The notes beneath the pieces are model-generated. The model was not told the DNA's origin and did not search any database. It saw only the letters and a program-made list of their open reading frames with translations. A stretch of DNA of 64,000 nucleotides from the NCBI RefSeq assembly GCF_965237495.1, contig NZ_OZ250143.1, positions 515,918-579,917 on the forward strand, read 5' to 3'. Positions 48,554-58,767 of the stretch are shown piece after piece (position 1 is the first letter of the stretch; each line of letters starts with the position of its first letter). The position numbers and the translations under genes were made by a program. This stretch comes from Candidatus Palauibacter sp. Its GTDB lineage: Bacteria > Gemmatimonadota > Gemmatimonadetes > Palauibacterales > Palauibacteraceae.

Positions 48554-49051
48554 ATGAAGACGCTCCTCATCCTCCGGCACGCCAAGTCGTCGTGGGACGA
48601 CGCCGGGCTGCGCGACCACGACCGGCCGCTGAACCGGCGCGGGAACCGCGATGCCCCGCGCATGGGACGGCTGATCGCGGAGCAGGATCTCGTGCCCGAG
48701 CGCATCGTGAGTTCGACCGCCGAGCGCGCGCGCACGACCGCGGAACTCGCGGCCGCCGAGTGGGACAGCGAGGTGGAAGTCGAGACCACCCGCGCCCTCT
48801 ATCTCGCGTCTCCCCACGCCTACGTCGACGTCGTGGAGGACATGGGGGGAGCGACGGAGCGCCTGATGGTGGTCGGGCACAACCCGGGCATCTCCGCGCT
48901 CGCCATGCACCTCACGGGTGAGGTCGACTTCATGCCGACCGCCGCGCTCGCCGCCGTGGAACTGGACATCGACGACTGGTCCGCGCTGGGTTCCGCGGCA
49001 GAGGGCCGCCTGATCGCTTTCTGGAGGCCGAAGGCGCTCCCGCCCGACTGA
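48554..49051 (+). CDS. sixA: Histidine phosphatase family protein (SixA-like)
   Basis: LLILRHAKS catalytic RHG-type motif and VVGHNPG. Confidence 0.8.
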   Translation: MKTLLILRHAKSSWDDAGLRDHDRPLNRRGNRDAPRMGRLIAEQDLVPERIVSSTAERARTTAELAAAEWDSEVEVETTRALYLASPHAYVDVVEDMGGATERLMVVGHNPGISALAMHLTGEVDFMPTAALAAVELDIDDWSALGSAAEGRLIAFWRPKALPPD

Positions 49052-49167
49052 GACGCGGCCGGAAGCGCGGCCCCAAACGCGGCGGAGGATCCCTTCCCCG
49101 TTCCAGAGGCTCCGGCATAGCTTCCGAGATGTCCCGCAACGTGCCGACCCGAGCGGAGGATGCCCCG

Positions 49168-50664
49168 ATGACCCGACCTTCGATCTACTTCCGGGCCGCC
49201 GCGGCGGCGCTCGTCTTCCTGTTCTTCCTGCCTCTACTGACCGGCGTTCCCGGAGCCGACGGCGTGCGGGCCGCAGCCCAGGAGAAGGCCGCGCAGGATC
49301 CCGGGGTCGGCGAGGCCCTGCACCTGCTCGACGTGTGGATGGACGCCGCGCAGGCGTATGAAGGGATCCCCGGCGCCTCCCTCGCCGTCGTGCACGACCA
49401 GGAGCTGGTGTGGGCGAAGGGGTACGGCTACGCGCATGTGGAGCGGAAGGAGCCGGCCACCCCGTCGACGATGTATTCGATCTGCTCGATCTCGAAGCTC
49501 TTCACCTCGGTCGGCGTCCTGCAGCTGCGGGACCAGGGGAAGGTGAGGCTGGACGATCCGGTGGCGAAGCACCTGGACTGGTTCACGATCAAGGACGGCT
49601 TCCCCGAGGCGGGACCCGTCACGATCGAAGGTCTCCTCACTCATTCTTCGGGTCTGCCGCGCGAGGCCGCGGCCCCGTATTGGACCGGCCCCGAGTATCC
49701 CTTCCCGACGCACGAGGAGATCGTCGATCGGCTTCCGTCACAGGCGATGCTCTACCCGCCCCGGACCTACTTCCAGTACTCGAACCTCGCGCTCACCCTG
49801 GCGGGGGAGATCGTCGTCGCCGCGTCGGGACACTCGTTCGACGACTACGTGCGCGCGAACATCCTCGACCCGCTCGGGATGTCGAGCACGTTCACGGATC
49901 TCGACGATCGCTTCCGTGGGAACCGCCTGGCGAGTGGGTACACGGCGCGGGGGCGCGACGGGAAGCGCGGGCTCGTGCCCGACTACCGGGTGCGCGGCAT
50001 CAGCCCGGCCGCCGGGTTCATCTCGACCGTGGAAGACCTGGGGCGCTTCGCCTCATGGCAGTTCCGCGTCCTCGACGGCGACGACTCGCTACTCGACCGC
50101 AACACGCTGCGCGAGATGCACCGCGTGCACTGGCTCGAGCCGGACGGGGAGACCACCTACGGGCTCGGCTTCTCCGTGTGGAAGTCCGACGGCGACACCT
50201 TCGTGGGCCACGGGGGCTCGTGCCCCGGCTATCGGAGCCAACTCCTGCTGCGCCCGCGGGACCGGATCGCTACGACGTTCATGACGAACGGGTCGGGGGT
50301 GAACGCCCGCAGCTTCGCCCAGACGGCGTTCGACATCGTGGCCCCGGCGCTTCGGCGCGCGGCGAAGGGCGAGGCGGGCAAGGCCGCCGACGGGGCATTA
50401 CAGCGCTACACCGGCGCCTACCAGCGTCCGCTGGGCGGCGAGAGCGCCGTCCTCGTGTGGGACGGCGACCTGCACGTGCTGTCGCTCCCGTCCGGCAACC
50501 CGCTCGACGCGATGGAGCGACTCCGCCGCATCGAGGGCGACACCTTCCGCCGCGTACGGGACAACGGCGACCTGGGCGAGGCGTTCATCTTCGAGGAGAT
50601 GCCGGACGGCGCGATGCGCATGTGGCGCAACAACAACTTCAGCGTGCGACCGGCCGGGTTGTGA
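49168..50664 (+). CDS. Serine hydrolase, class-C beta-lactamase-related, secreted
   Basis: Signal peptide, then the SxxK motif in CSISKLF and YxN-type downstream motifs. Confidence 0.8.
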   Translation: MTRPSIYFRAAAAALVFLFFLPLLTGVPGADGVRAAAQEKAAQDPGVGEALHLLDVWMDAAQAYEGIPGASLAVVHDQELVWAKGYGYAHVERKEPATPSTMYSICSISKLFTSVGVLQLRDQGKVRLDDPVAKHLDWFTIKDGFPEAGPVTIEGLLTHSSGLPREAAAPYWTGPEYPFPTHEEIVDRLPSQAMLYPPRTYFQYSNLALTLAGEIVVAASGHSFDDYVRANILDPLGMSSTFTDLDDRFRGNRLASGYTARGRDGKRGLVPDYRVRGISPAAGFISTVEDLGRFASWQFRVLDGDDSLLDRNTLREMHRVHWLEPDGETTYGLGFSVWKSDGDTFVGHGGSCPGYRSQLLLRPRDRIATTFMTNGSGVNARSFAQTAFDIVAPALRRAAKGEAGKAADGALQRYTGAYQRPLGGESAVLVWDGDLHVLSLPSGNPLDAMERLRRIEGDTFRRVRDNGDLGEAFIFEEMPDGAMRMWRNNNFSVRPAGL

Positions 50665-50987
50665 GAGCGCGGGCCACCAGGGGGGGGCGGTGACCGTGTC
50701 CGGGACTACCTGAGACGCCCTCCTATGTCGCCGCCACATAACAAAGTGCGGACTACTTCGCGCGTGCCGGGCAACGTCACTTTGTAGTGAGCCTTGGTTA
50801 ACGTTCGCCGCACCAGCGGGTGCAGGATTTCTCCGTGTCCCAGAATCGGACGCAACCGAACACGGCTGTCACCCGTATCCTCATTGTTCCCGGGCAGCTG
50901 CAAGGTACACTGCTGGTCGCTGCAGGATGTGACCCGGCAGGGGAGGGGCAGGCGCTCGCGCACGGCTCGTATCCAGTCTGACAGCCC

Positions 50988-52058
50988 TCAATCCCCCTGC
51001 AACCGGCTGTCGATCGTCGCCCAATCGTCGTACAGGGTCTCCGCGACCGCCGGATAGCCGGCATCGTACATCCCGTTGTCGGAATCGAGCCGGAGTTCTC
51101 GCGTCTCGGTTCCGCCCGTCTCGCTGGGCAAGAACTCCCAGACTCCTACTTGGCTGGCGGGAAGCGAGATATCTCCAGCTTCGAGATCGCTTCGCTGGTC
51201 GTCGGACAGATCCGACATGCGACAGATGTTGGCCAACGCGGAAAGGATCCAGTCGCTGTGGACCGTGACAATTACGCGGATGCCGGCCGCCACGATCCGC
51301 GCGAGTTCGGTCGTGAGCTGGACCTGCATTGCGGGGTGCATATGGGCTTCCGGTTCCTCGATAATCAGTGTGGAGCCGGGCCTGGCCTTATGACGGAGAT
51401 ATAGCACGAGCGGTATAATCTCCGTCACCATCGACGCCGTCCGTGTTAGGGGAAGATCTTCCTCCCATCTGACAGGTCGATAGTGGACCGATGGGGGGCC
51501 GGCATCTCCATCCTCCACGCGGACCGATCCGCGAAGGACGGCCTGCTCTACATGATGCGCGAGAGCGTCTCCGTTCTCCCAGCCCGAGGGTTCGGCTGTC
51601 AAATCAACAAACATATCTCTGACATAGTCACTCAGGACACCGGACATGGGAGCGGTCAGGCGCTCTCTCGGTCCGCGTGTCGCCCTCTCAAGCAGCAAAT
51701 TGATGATCGCTTGCTGAACTTCGACTCCCACAGAACGAAGTACAGGCAAATAGTTCGCCGGCCGGGAGATGGGTCCCACCGTACCGGGCTGGGCCAAATC
51801 GGCGAGCACGAGCTCCAGAGCTCTGGGATTGATGGGACTACGGTCGATCGACTGTTCAGGTGCACGCCGCCAAAAGAAACCGGGTCGTCGCGCACGGAGC
51901 CAATAGGGTCCGCCCCGCTCGAGCCGAATCGGTGCATCCTCTTGAACCGACAGCTCCCAGAAAGGCTTATCGTGCACAATCTTGAAACCATAGCGAAACT
52001 GTGGCGGGTCCCGCGGGGTCCCGGGGGGGCTATGACTCAGCGCAATCGCAGCTTCGGA
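50988..52058 (-). pseudogene. AAA_21-family ATPase (OLD/Gabija-like ATPase class), C-terminal fragment; gene split by IS1182 insertion
   Basis: Walker B/D-loop block LIIEEPEAHMHPAMQ. The reading frame is continuous with the N-terminal fragment once the 1655-bp IS is removed (...LVRK|SEAAIALS...). Confidence 0.7.
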
Positions 52059-53713
52059 GCTAGGAGCCTGCGCCGCAGGAGCGCGGCGGAAGCCATCGGA
52101 TGCCGCCCGCGGGGTCTCGCGAGCCGAAGTGTCGGTCGTTTTCCGGACGGGAACGCGTTGTAGGCGGGGAGACGGCCCGGCGGGCGGCGTTCGGGCGGGG
52201 CCGCGGACCTCTTTTTGTGCCCCGGGGGACGCTTGACACGGATTTTCGGCCCCTCACGCTGCCTGAAGGACGTGGAGGCGCCTCATGTTGAGCGCCAGGC
52301 ACACGAGGTCCCACTCGCCGCGCACCTTCTCCAAGCCCCGGAGGCTGAACCTCCGGAACCCCATCGCCTCCTTGACCCAGCCCATGGGCGCCTCCGCGAT
52401 CCACTTGCGCTTGGCGTACACCGCCCGGCCCTCCGGAGCCGCCAGCTTCTTCGCCATGCGCGCCCTCGCCGGCTGCTTCTCCGGGTCGGGCTTGCCGGCC
52501 CCCTTGCCCTCCCGGCCCAGCGCTACGTAGCCGTCGATCCCCCGCGCCTCCAGAGCCGCCAGATCCTCCTCGTTACAGTAGCCCGCGTCGGCCAGCACCT
52601 GGCCGGGCGTCTCCCCGCACCGCCCGGACACCTCGTCCACCCGTTCCACCAACTGCCCCTGGTCGCTCGCGTTGTCCGTCACCGCCGTCCCCACCACCAG
52701 TTGGCTCTCCCCGTCCACCACCGCCTGCGCGTTGTAGCACTGCTGGTAGCCTTCCGTGCTCGTCCGCATGATCCGGCTCTCCGGATCCGTGAAGTTCGTC
52801 TGATCCTTCGCCTCCGGCTCCCCGTACGCATGCTTGTACGGCGGCCCCCCCTTCGGGTTGCGGTCCCACTCCGGCTTCCGGCCCCGCGCGTCGTCCCGCT
52901 CCCGGGCCTCCGCCTCCAGGCGAGCCTTCGCCGCCCGGATCGCCGCCAGACGGTCCTCCCGGCGCTTCAACTCCTCGGGCAACTCGTCGCCCCGAACGTC
53001 CTCCCCGTGGCGCTCGTCCTCCTCCGCGTCGATCGCCTCGGCCGCCGCCAGAAGATCCGCGATCTCCGCCTCCAGGCGGGCCTCTTCCGGCCCCATCCGC
53101 CCATAGCTCATCGCCTTCCGCTTGCTCGCGTTCGCGCGAACCTTCGTCCCGTCCACCGCCACCCGGCCCAGCCCCGCCAGCCCCAGTTCCCGTGCCAGGC
53201 GCACCACCTCCGCGAACAACGCCCCGAACGCCTTCAGGTTCTTCTTCCGGAACTCGCACAACGTCCGGTGCGCCGGAAAGTTCCCCGCCGCCAGCATCCT
53301 GAGCGCCACGTCCTCCTCCAGACGCCGCGCCAGCTTCCTCGACGAGAACACCCCCGTCGCGTACCCGTACACCAGCACCTTCACCATCATCCGAGGATCG
53401 TACGGGCTCCGCCGCCGCCCATCCCCTTCGTACCGCGCGTAGAACGGCGACAGGTCCGCCGCGTCCACCAGATCGCTCACATGATGCGCCAAGTGCCCCG
53501 CCGGTACCCACTCCCGAAGATCCTGCGGCAGCAGCAGCTGCTGGTCCGGATCGTACGGCCGGAACCTCGTCCTCATCCTCTCCGGATCGTACGGTAGGGA
53601 CCTCGTCCCCATCGCCACCTCCCCGCGCCGAACGTGAACCGGTCACAGCCCGGCATCACCATAACCATCCGGCACGCGCCGCACCATCGGCTTCTACGGC
53701 GCAGGCTCCTAGC
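52059..53713 (-). mobile_element. IS1182-family (IS5 superfamily) insertion sequence, 1655 bp, 17-bp perfect terminal inverted repeats, no target duplication
   Basis: GCTAGGAGCCTGCGCCG at 52059-52075 and its exact reverse complement at 53697-53713. Flanking codons rejoin in frame with no duplication. Confidence 0.85.
52254..53618 (-). CDS. IS1182-family transposase
   Basis: N-terminal FRPYDPDQQLLLPQDLREWVPAGHLAHHVSDLVD...SPYDPRMMVKVLVYGYATGVFSSRKLAR signature and a C-terminal DDE region. Confidence 0.9.
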   Translation of the reverse strand: MAMGTRSLPYDPERMRTRFRPYDPDQQLLLPQDLREWVPAGHLAHHVSDLVDAADLSPFYARYEGDGRRRSPYDPRMMVKVLVYGYATGVFSSRKLARRLEEDVALRMLAAGNFPAHRTLCEFRKKNLKAFGALFAEVVRLARELGLAGLGRVAVDGTKVRANASKRKAMSYGRMGPEEARLEAEIADLLAAAEAIDAEEDERHGEDVRGDELPEELKRREDRLAAIRAAKARLEAEARERDDARGRKPEWDRNPKGGPPYKHAYGEPEAKDQTNFTDPESRIMRTSTEGYQQCYNAQAVVDGESQLVVGTAVTDNASDQGQLVERVDEVSGRCGETPGQVLADAGYCNEEDLAALEARGIDGYVALGREGKGAGKPDPEKQPARARMAKKLAAPEGRAVYAKRKWIAEAPMGWVKEAMGFRRFSLRGLEKVRGEWDLVCLALNMRRLHVLQAA

Positions 53714-54142
53714 CTTGCGAACTAGGCCAACGAGCGTTTCAGAGCCGAAGATCCGCTGCAACTCATGAGCGAGCGCGTGGCCCGTGTCCGACACCTTGAG
53801 CGCTTCTCGCGCGAGAACCGCCACCTCTTCAGGGCAAGGGATCTCGCCATCTCCCTCGTCGTCGGCCAAGTGTTCCTCAAGCCACTCCACCAAATCGACA
53901 AGTTCAGGGGTCTCGCGTGCCAGTTCATAAAATGCCGCCGTTGCCGGCCGGCGGCTCCGGCGAAACGCCAGACGCCGCCAAAAGTACTGATGAAGGGCGT
54001 AGACGAGCCGTGCCAGATAGGATTTGCCCGAGCCGCTCGGGCCAACGAAGACCGTCAGCGGACGCAACTCCACATCGCCCTTCGCGATAGGCCCGAAGTT
54101 CTCGACTTGAAGCCGGAGATAACCGGTGTCGTGGCCGCCCAT
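53714..54142 (-). pseudogene. AAA_21-family ATPase, N-terminal fragment with Walker A
   Basis: LRLQVENFGPIAKGDVELRPLTVFVGPSGSGKSYLARL. ATG at 54142. The ORF-track reading continues into the IS inverted repeat (KARSLRRR...). Confidence 0.7.
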
Positions 54143-54230
54143 TCGGTGTCTGGGCCTCCTCCGTTGCCTTGTTTCCAGGGGAACAACACAAACACCCGAC
54201 CGTGGCCGGAGCACGATCCACATCACCAAC

Positions 54231-54923
54231 CTAATGCGCCCCGCGCCCCTTTGCCGGTTCGGGAATTGCAGGGGTCAGCCTGAATGACCCGGTGTAGACG
54301 AGGTCGTCGAGCGGGGAGTCGTCGCCGCTCCCCGAGTTCGCGGCCACGTGCAGCACGATGGGCGTCTCCGTCTCGGGGGCGCGCCACTCGAACGTCCATT
54401 CCGCGACGTCGTCGACCGGTCTTGTCCCGGCCCGCGTGTGCTGGACGTATTCCGTGTCGGCGTCCTCCGCCCGCACCACGGTGACCCTGTCGTCGAGCGT
54501 CCGGATCTCGCCGGCCCCGGTACCGCGGCGCTGCCCGTCATCGAAGCGGAACGACGCCTGGAAGCCGGCCGAGCGCATGTCGAAGCTCTCGAGGCGGATC
54601 GTCACGGGATGGCGCTGGCCCGGACGGTAGCCGTCCCCGAGGCCGAGCACCTGCAGCGTGGAGCCCGGCTCGTTGAGGGGCGCGCCGATGTGACAGGCGG
54701 CGCAGGTCGGCTCCCCGAAGCCGCCGGTGTGTCCCGGGGGCGGCCCCTCGATGTGTGCCTCGGTGTGTGCCTCGACGTGCGGCCCCGGCCCCGGGTTCGC
54801 GGCGGGGCCCGCAGCAGCCGTCGCCATCGCGAAGAGGCCCGCGGCGCACAGAGTGGCCGCGGGCCCCGGGGATGAAGCGATCGTCCTCACGGCGCGCCCC
54901 GCGGCGCCCGCCGCAAGGGACAC
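54231..54923 (-). CDS. Secreted protein with single CxxCH heme-binding motif
   Basis: Signal peptide, then GEPTCAACHIGAPLNE. Confidence 0.45.
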   Translation of the reverse strand: MSLAAGAAGRAVRTIASSPGPAATLCAAGLFAMATAAAGPAANPGPGPHVEAHTEAHIEGPPPGHTGGFGEPTCAACHIGAPLNEPGSTLQVLGLGDGYRPGQRHPVTIRLESFDMRSAGFQASFRFDDGQRRGTGAGEIRTLDDRVTVVRAEDADTEYVQHTRAGTRPVDDVAEWTFEWRAPETETPIVLHVAANSGSGDDSPLDDLVYTGSFRLTPAIPEPAKGRGAH

Positions 54924-54933
54924 ACCCCACGCA

Positions 54934-55992
54934 TCAGCGCGAGCGCGGCGACACCACCGCCCGCCCGACCGTATTCACGTCGGCCCCGAACCAGATCGAG
55001 TCCGTGGCCGAATCGTAGTACATGTGCCGGATCGTGCCTCCCCCGCTCGGCACGTCGAGCATGCCCACGAACTCCTCCGTGTCCGTGTCGAAGCCCACGA
55101 ACCGGTTCGGCTGGATCCCCGTCTCGACCAGCCACACCACGTCGTACTTGTCGATCGCCATCCCGTAGGGCCGAGACTCCTCACCCGCCGGCAGGTCGTA
55201 CTCCCGCTGGAATCCGCCCGCCTCGACCACCAGACCGATCTTCCCGCGGCTGTAGTCGACGTACCAGATCCGGTCCTGCGAGTCGATCACGAGCCGGCGC
55301 GGCCGCGCGCCCTCCGGCAGGTCGTAGCCGATGAGCTCGAACGAGGACGGCTCCACCATGCCGATCAGGTTCGTGTTGAAGTGGGCGATCCAGGGCCGGT
55401 TCTCGGAGTCCAGCTTGACCCCGTACGGGCGGCTCGAGCCCATCCCGCGGCGCGTCTCGACCTCGGGCGCCTCCACCAGGCGCACTTCCCTCGAATCCCT
55501 GTCGAGGAAGCCGATCAGGTTCCCCTGCTGTACAGAGAACCAGATGTCGCCGTTGTCGTCCCAGATCAGCGTGTGCGGATCCCGCGCCCGCTCGTCGGGC
55601 ATCATGATCTTGTCGATCTCGCCCGTGGCCGGGTCGATGATCCCGATGTGGTTCGCCCGGTTGCCGGCGTAGTAGACCATCCCGTCGTCGTCGACGATCA
55701 GGTTGTGCGGTCCCGTGCCGTCGTCCATGTCGTAGCGCTTGAACTCGCCGCTGGCCGGATCCAGCACCGCGGCGTAGTGGGCGGCCTGTCCCACGAACCA
55801 GACGCGCCCGTCCGGTCCGACGAACGGGTCGCGCGGACGGCTCTCGGGGTAGGGGACCGTCCATTCCTCGATGGTGAGAACATCGCTGGCCGCCATGTGG
55901 TCCTGGGCCGCCGCTTCCGCGGAGCCGACGATGCTCGCCAGGATCACCAGTCCCGCCGCCGCCCGCGCGGCGACCCGAATTCGATGGATCAT
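54934..55992 (-). CDS. Vgb-family (streptogramin lyase-like) beta-propeller protein, secreted
   Basis: Repeated blades with GPHNLIVDDDGMVYYAGNRANHIGIIDPATGE-type motifs and a signal peptide. Confidence 0.7.
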   Translation of the reverse strand: MIHRIRVAARAAAGLVILASIVGSAEAAAQDHMAASDVLTIEEWTVPYPESRPRDPFVGPDGRVWFVGQAAHYAAVLDPASGEFKRYDMDDGTGPHNLIVDDDGMVYYAGNRANHIGIIDPATGEIDKIMMPDERARDPHTLIWDDNGDIWFSVQQGNLIGFLDRDSREVRLVEAPEVETRRGMGSSRPYGVKLDSENRPWIAHFNTNLIGMVEPSSFELIGYDLPEGARPRRLVIDSQDRIWYVDYSRGKIGLVVEAGGFQREYDLPAGEESRPYGMAIDKYDVVWLVETGIQPNRFVGFDTDTEEFVGMLDVPSGGGTIRHMYYDSATDSIWFGADVNTVGRAVVSPRSR

Positions 55993-56070
55993 CTCCGTTC
56001 CTCCTCGATCGCTGTCCGCTGAAGCCGCCGACCGTTCGTTTCCGGCCGGCCTCGCACGCTATCTCGCACG

Positions 56071-57516
56071 CTATTCAGAAGACCCCCGATCTCGCGAATC
56101 CGTTGATTTCCGGGCCGTCCGGGCGGCCCTGGCCACTCCGGCCGTCCGCGGCCGGGCCGCCCTGGCCCGGGCCGCCCTGGCCCGAACCGCGCGCACCCTG
56201 GGGGTCAGATAGACATTGGCGGTCAGACGCCCAAAGAGGAAGCCCGTGAACGCGGCCGTGGCACCGACCCAGCCCAGCCCCCAGCCGACGACCACGAACA
56301 CGACGGCCACGGCCGCGATCTCCGCCGCGGTCGCGACGATGATCGGACCCGTCGTCCGGTTCCGGATCAGCGTCCCCCTGTGCAGCGACAGGATGACCCC
56401 GAGGAAGGGGACGGGGGTCAGGACCCGCGCCGCGGGAATCGCGAAGTCGGCCAGCCCCGGGGTGAGCCCCGACACGTGGACGAACCAGAAGTGGGAAAGG
56501 GGCGTGAACGCGATGAGCGCGAGGATGCCCGAGAGCGCCGCCCCGAGCCCGATCGCGAAGCGGCGGATCTGTGCATAACCCTCGCTGCCTCGGCCCAGGA
56601 GTGCGATCACGGCGTCCTGGAAGCTCAGCCCCACGGAGCGGAAGAGGAAGCCCAGCGAGTGCACCACGGGGAACACGGCCAGCGACTCGACCGGGGAGGC
56701 GGCGCGGCCCATGAAGAACGTCAGCATGGGCTGAATGCCGATCCCGATGAGCGAGGTGAGCGCCAGGGGCACGTAGAAGCGCCCGATGTCCGAGAAGCGA
56801 AGCTCCGCTCCCTCGGCCGGCCCGGCGGCCGGGTCCGCCGTCGAGACGCCCACCCGCCCGATCTCCGCGATGTCGTGCGGGTCGGCCGAGACCGTCGGGG
56901 GGTCGACCGCGCTCGCCGCCCGGTCGGTCGGGCCGAGCAGGGCACCGATCGCGCCCCGGGCCATCCAGCGGGCCACGACCGCTTCGGCGACCACGCCGAA
57001 GGAGAGCGCCGAGGCGCCGACCGAGGCGCCGGGAAGGTCGGTGGAGACGGCGAGCACGATCGCGGCCGTCGACATCGCGATCAGGCGCAGCACCGTACCG
57101 CCCGCTACGAGGCGCGTGCGCCCCGACCGGATGAGCACCCCCTGCCAGAAGCGCCGGTAGCCGATCGCCGCCGGCCAGGGCAGGAAGCACCACAGCGCCC
57201 CGTAGGTCAGGCCCGCGAGATCCTCCGGCAGACCGAGAACGCCGATCATGAGCCCGCGATGCACCGGCGGCACGAGCACGAGGAGGAGCAGAAGCGTCGA
57301 GAAGGCGTTCAGCCCGTGCGCGAATGTCCGCAGCCGCCGGTACGAGACCGCGTCCTCCACGAGCGCGGTCGAGGCGCTGAGCAGCATGATGACCGGCGCC
57401 TCGATCAGCACCGCCATCGCGATCGCGACACCGTACGCCGCCAGCCCCAGCGTGGGTCCGGCAGCCGCGCCACGACCGCCGCCAGATAGGGTCCCTCCAC
57501 CGCCATCATCAACCAT
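56071..57516 (-). CDS. MATE/MOP-superfamily transporter; N-terminus in another frame (57405-57599), so an apparent frameshift
   Basis: 12 TM MOP-type topology. The first ~55 codons, MPSDSRAVAAKDLSARGIFAFWAPLAAT..., are read in a different frame ending at 57405. A single missing nucleotide near 57440-57450 would fuse the two frames. Confidence 0.6.
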   Translation of the reverse strand: MVDDGGGGTLSGGGRGAAAGPTLGLAAYGVAIAMAVLIEAPVIMLLSASTALVEDAVSYRRLRTFAHGLNAFSTLLLLLVLVPPVHRGLMIGVLGLPEDLAGLTYGALWCFLPWPAAIGYRRFWQGVLIRSGRTRLVAGGTVLRLIAMSTAAIVLAVSTDLPGASVGASALSFGVVAEAVVARWMARGAIGALLGPTDRAASAVDPPTVSADPHDIAEIGRVGVSTADPAAGPAEGAELRFSDIGRFYVPLALTSLIGIGIQPMLTFFMGRAASPVESLAVFPVVHSLGFLFRSVGLSFQDAVIALLGRGSEGYAQIRRFAIGLGAALSGILALIAFTPLSHFWFVHVSGLTPGLADFAIPAARVLTPVPFLGVILSLHRGTLIRNRTTGPIIVATAAEIAAVAVVFVVVGWGLGWVGATAAFTGFLFGRLTANVYLTPRVRAVRARAARARAARPRTAGVARAARTARKSTDSRDRGSSE

Positions 57517-57607
57517 GTGGCGGCGAGCGGCGCCCAGAACGCGAAGATCCCGCGGGCGGACAGGTCCTTCGCGGCGACGGCCCGGGAGTCGGAAGGCACG
57601 GAGCGGC

Positions 57608-58048
57608 TCAGTCCTCGAAGAGACCCGCCAGCAACTCCAGACAGGCGATCCAGCCCTGCCGGTGACCCTCCGCCGCTTCCGCGGCCGGGAATCCCTCGTG
57701 CGTGACGACGACCCGCGTCGAGCCGTCCTCCGCCAGGAATTCTACGGTCACCCCCGTCTCACCGACCGAGTGCTCCCCCTCCCAGTCCCACGTATAGACG
57801 AGCCGGTTCGGAGCGTCGACCTTCCGGTACACGCCGAAGGCCGTGTGGGCCACCCCGTCCTCGTCCTCCATTCCGATCTTCCAGGCGCCGCCCGCCGCGA
57901 GGGCGACCCTCGATTCCGCCACCTTCGCTCCGGGAGGAGCGGACCATCGAGCGATCTCCTCCGGCTCGGTCCACGCACGGAACACCGTATCCGGCGGGGC
58001 CGGGATCACCTTTGAGAGGCGGACTCTCGTGTCCGCGTCGGCGGTCAT
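57608..58048 (-). CDS. SRPBCC-superfamily protein (AHSA1/START-like)
   Basis: 146 aa. Composition and fold signatures are typical of the AHSA1-domain family. Confidence 0.65.
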   Translation of the reverse strand: MTADADTRVRLSKVIPAPPDTVFRAWTEPEEIARWSAPPGAKVAESRVALAAGGAWKIGMEDEDGVAHTAFGVYRKVDAPNRLVYTWDWEGEHSVGETGVTVEFLAEDGSTRVVVTHEGFPAAEAAEGHRQGWIACLELLAGLFED

Positions 58049-58173
58049 GCGTTTTCTCCTCTCTCACGGGCTCTGGCGCGAGCCGGCGGGAACAAGTCTG
58101 TTTTCGGTCCGTGATGGTTCCCAACCCGTCGGGCAAGGACCACCCGTGAAAACGTGCCTTCGGTGATAGTCGC

Positions 58174-58755
58174 GTGAATCCGGTGAAGCTCGTCATCCCC
58201 GCCGTTGCCGCCGCCCTGCTGCTCCCTTCGCTCGCGGAGGCCCAGGGGCCCGGCTCACCGCAGGAGAGGTTCGCCCTCTTCACCTCCTGCGGTCCCATGA
58301 ACGTGGAGGTCTTCGTAACCAACAGCGGCGGGCCGGGCAGGATCACCCGGGAGTCCGTCGCGGCGACCACGACGAACCGGCTGCGGGCGGCCCGAATCTA
58401 CGCCCCGGCCGACCAGCCTGCCTGGTCTCTGCTCCGTGTGACCGTCTTCATCGGCACTCAGGCAGTTCCCGGAAGAGCGGCCCAGACGGTGTACATCATC
58501 CGCCTCCGGTTCATGAAGCTCGTCTACGACCAGCTCAGCGATCCCCAGCTCGCCGCGAACCCCGGACGCCTCTCCTCCGACTCGCTCGGCGCCGCGCTCC
58601 AGTGGATCCACTGGGCGCCGACGTGGGAATCCCCGCGCCCCGCCATCGGCTTCTACGGCGGACGTCGCGACGACGTCATCACGAGCAAAATAGGCACGAT
58701 GCTGGAAGAGTTCGTCGCCGAATACCTGCGCGTCAACGGGGAGTCCTGCCCGTAG
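58174..58755 (+). CDS. Secreted hypothetical protein
   Basis: Signal peptide MNPVKLVIPAVAAALLLPSLAEAQ. No recognisable domain. Confidence 0.45.
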   Translation: MNPVKLVIPAVAAALLLPSLAEAQGPGSPQERFALFTSCGPMNVEVFVTNSGGPGRITRESVAATTTNRLRAARIYAPADQPAWSLLRVTVFIGTQAVPGRAAQTVYIIRLRFMKLVYDQLSDPQLAANPGRLSSDSLGAALQWIHWAPTWESPRPAIGFYGGRRDDVITSKIGTMLEEFVAEYLRVNGESCP

Positions 58756-58767
58756 CGGGCTGCCGCT

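Noticed and set aside
50706-50963. 85-aa minus ORF downstream of the split ATPase, considered as a possible partner gene
   Set aside because: No domain features and poor start context. It overlaps an inverted-repeat-containing intergenic region.
53573-54229. Single 218-aa ORF as reported by the ORF track
   Set aside because: Its C-terminal third is read-through into the IS1182 inverted repeat, and its first 29 codons lie upstream of the likely ATG at 54142. It is re-annotated as the N-terminal fragment of the split ATPase.
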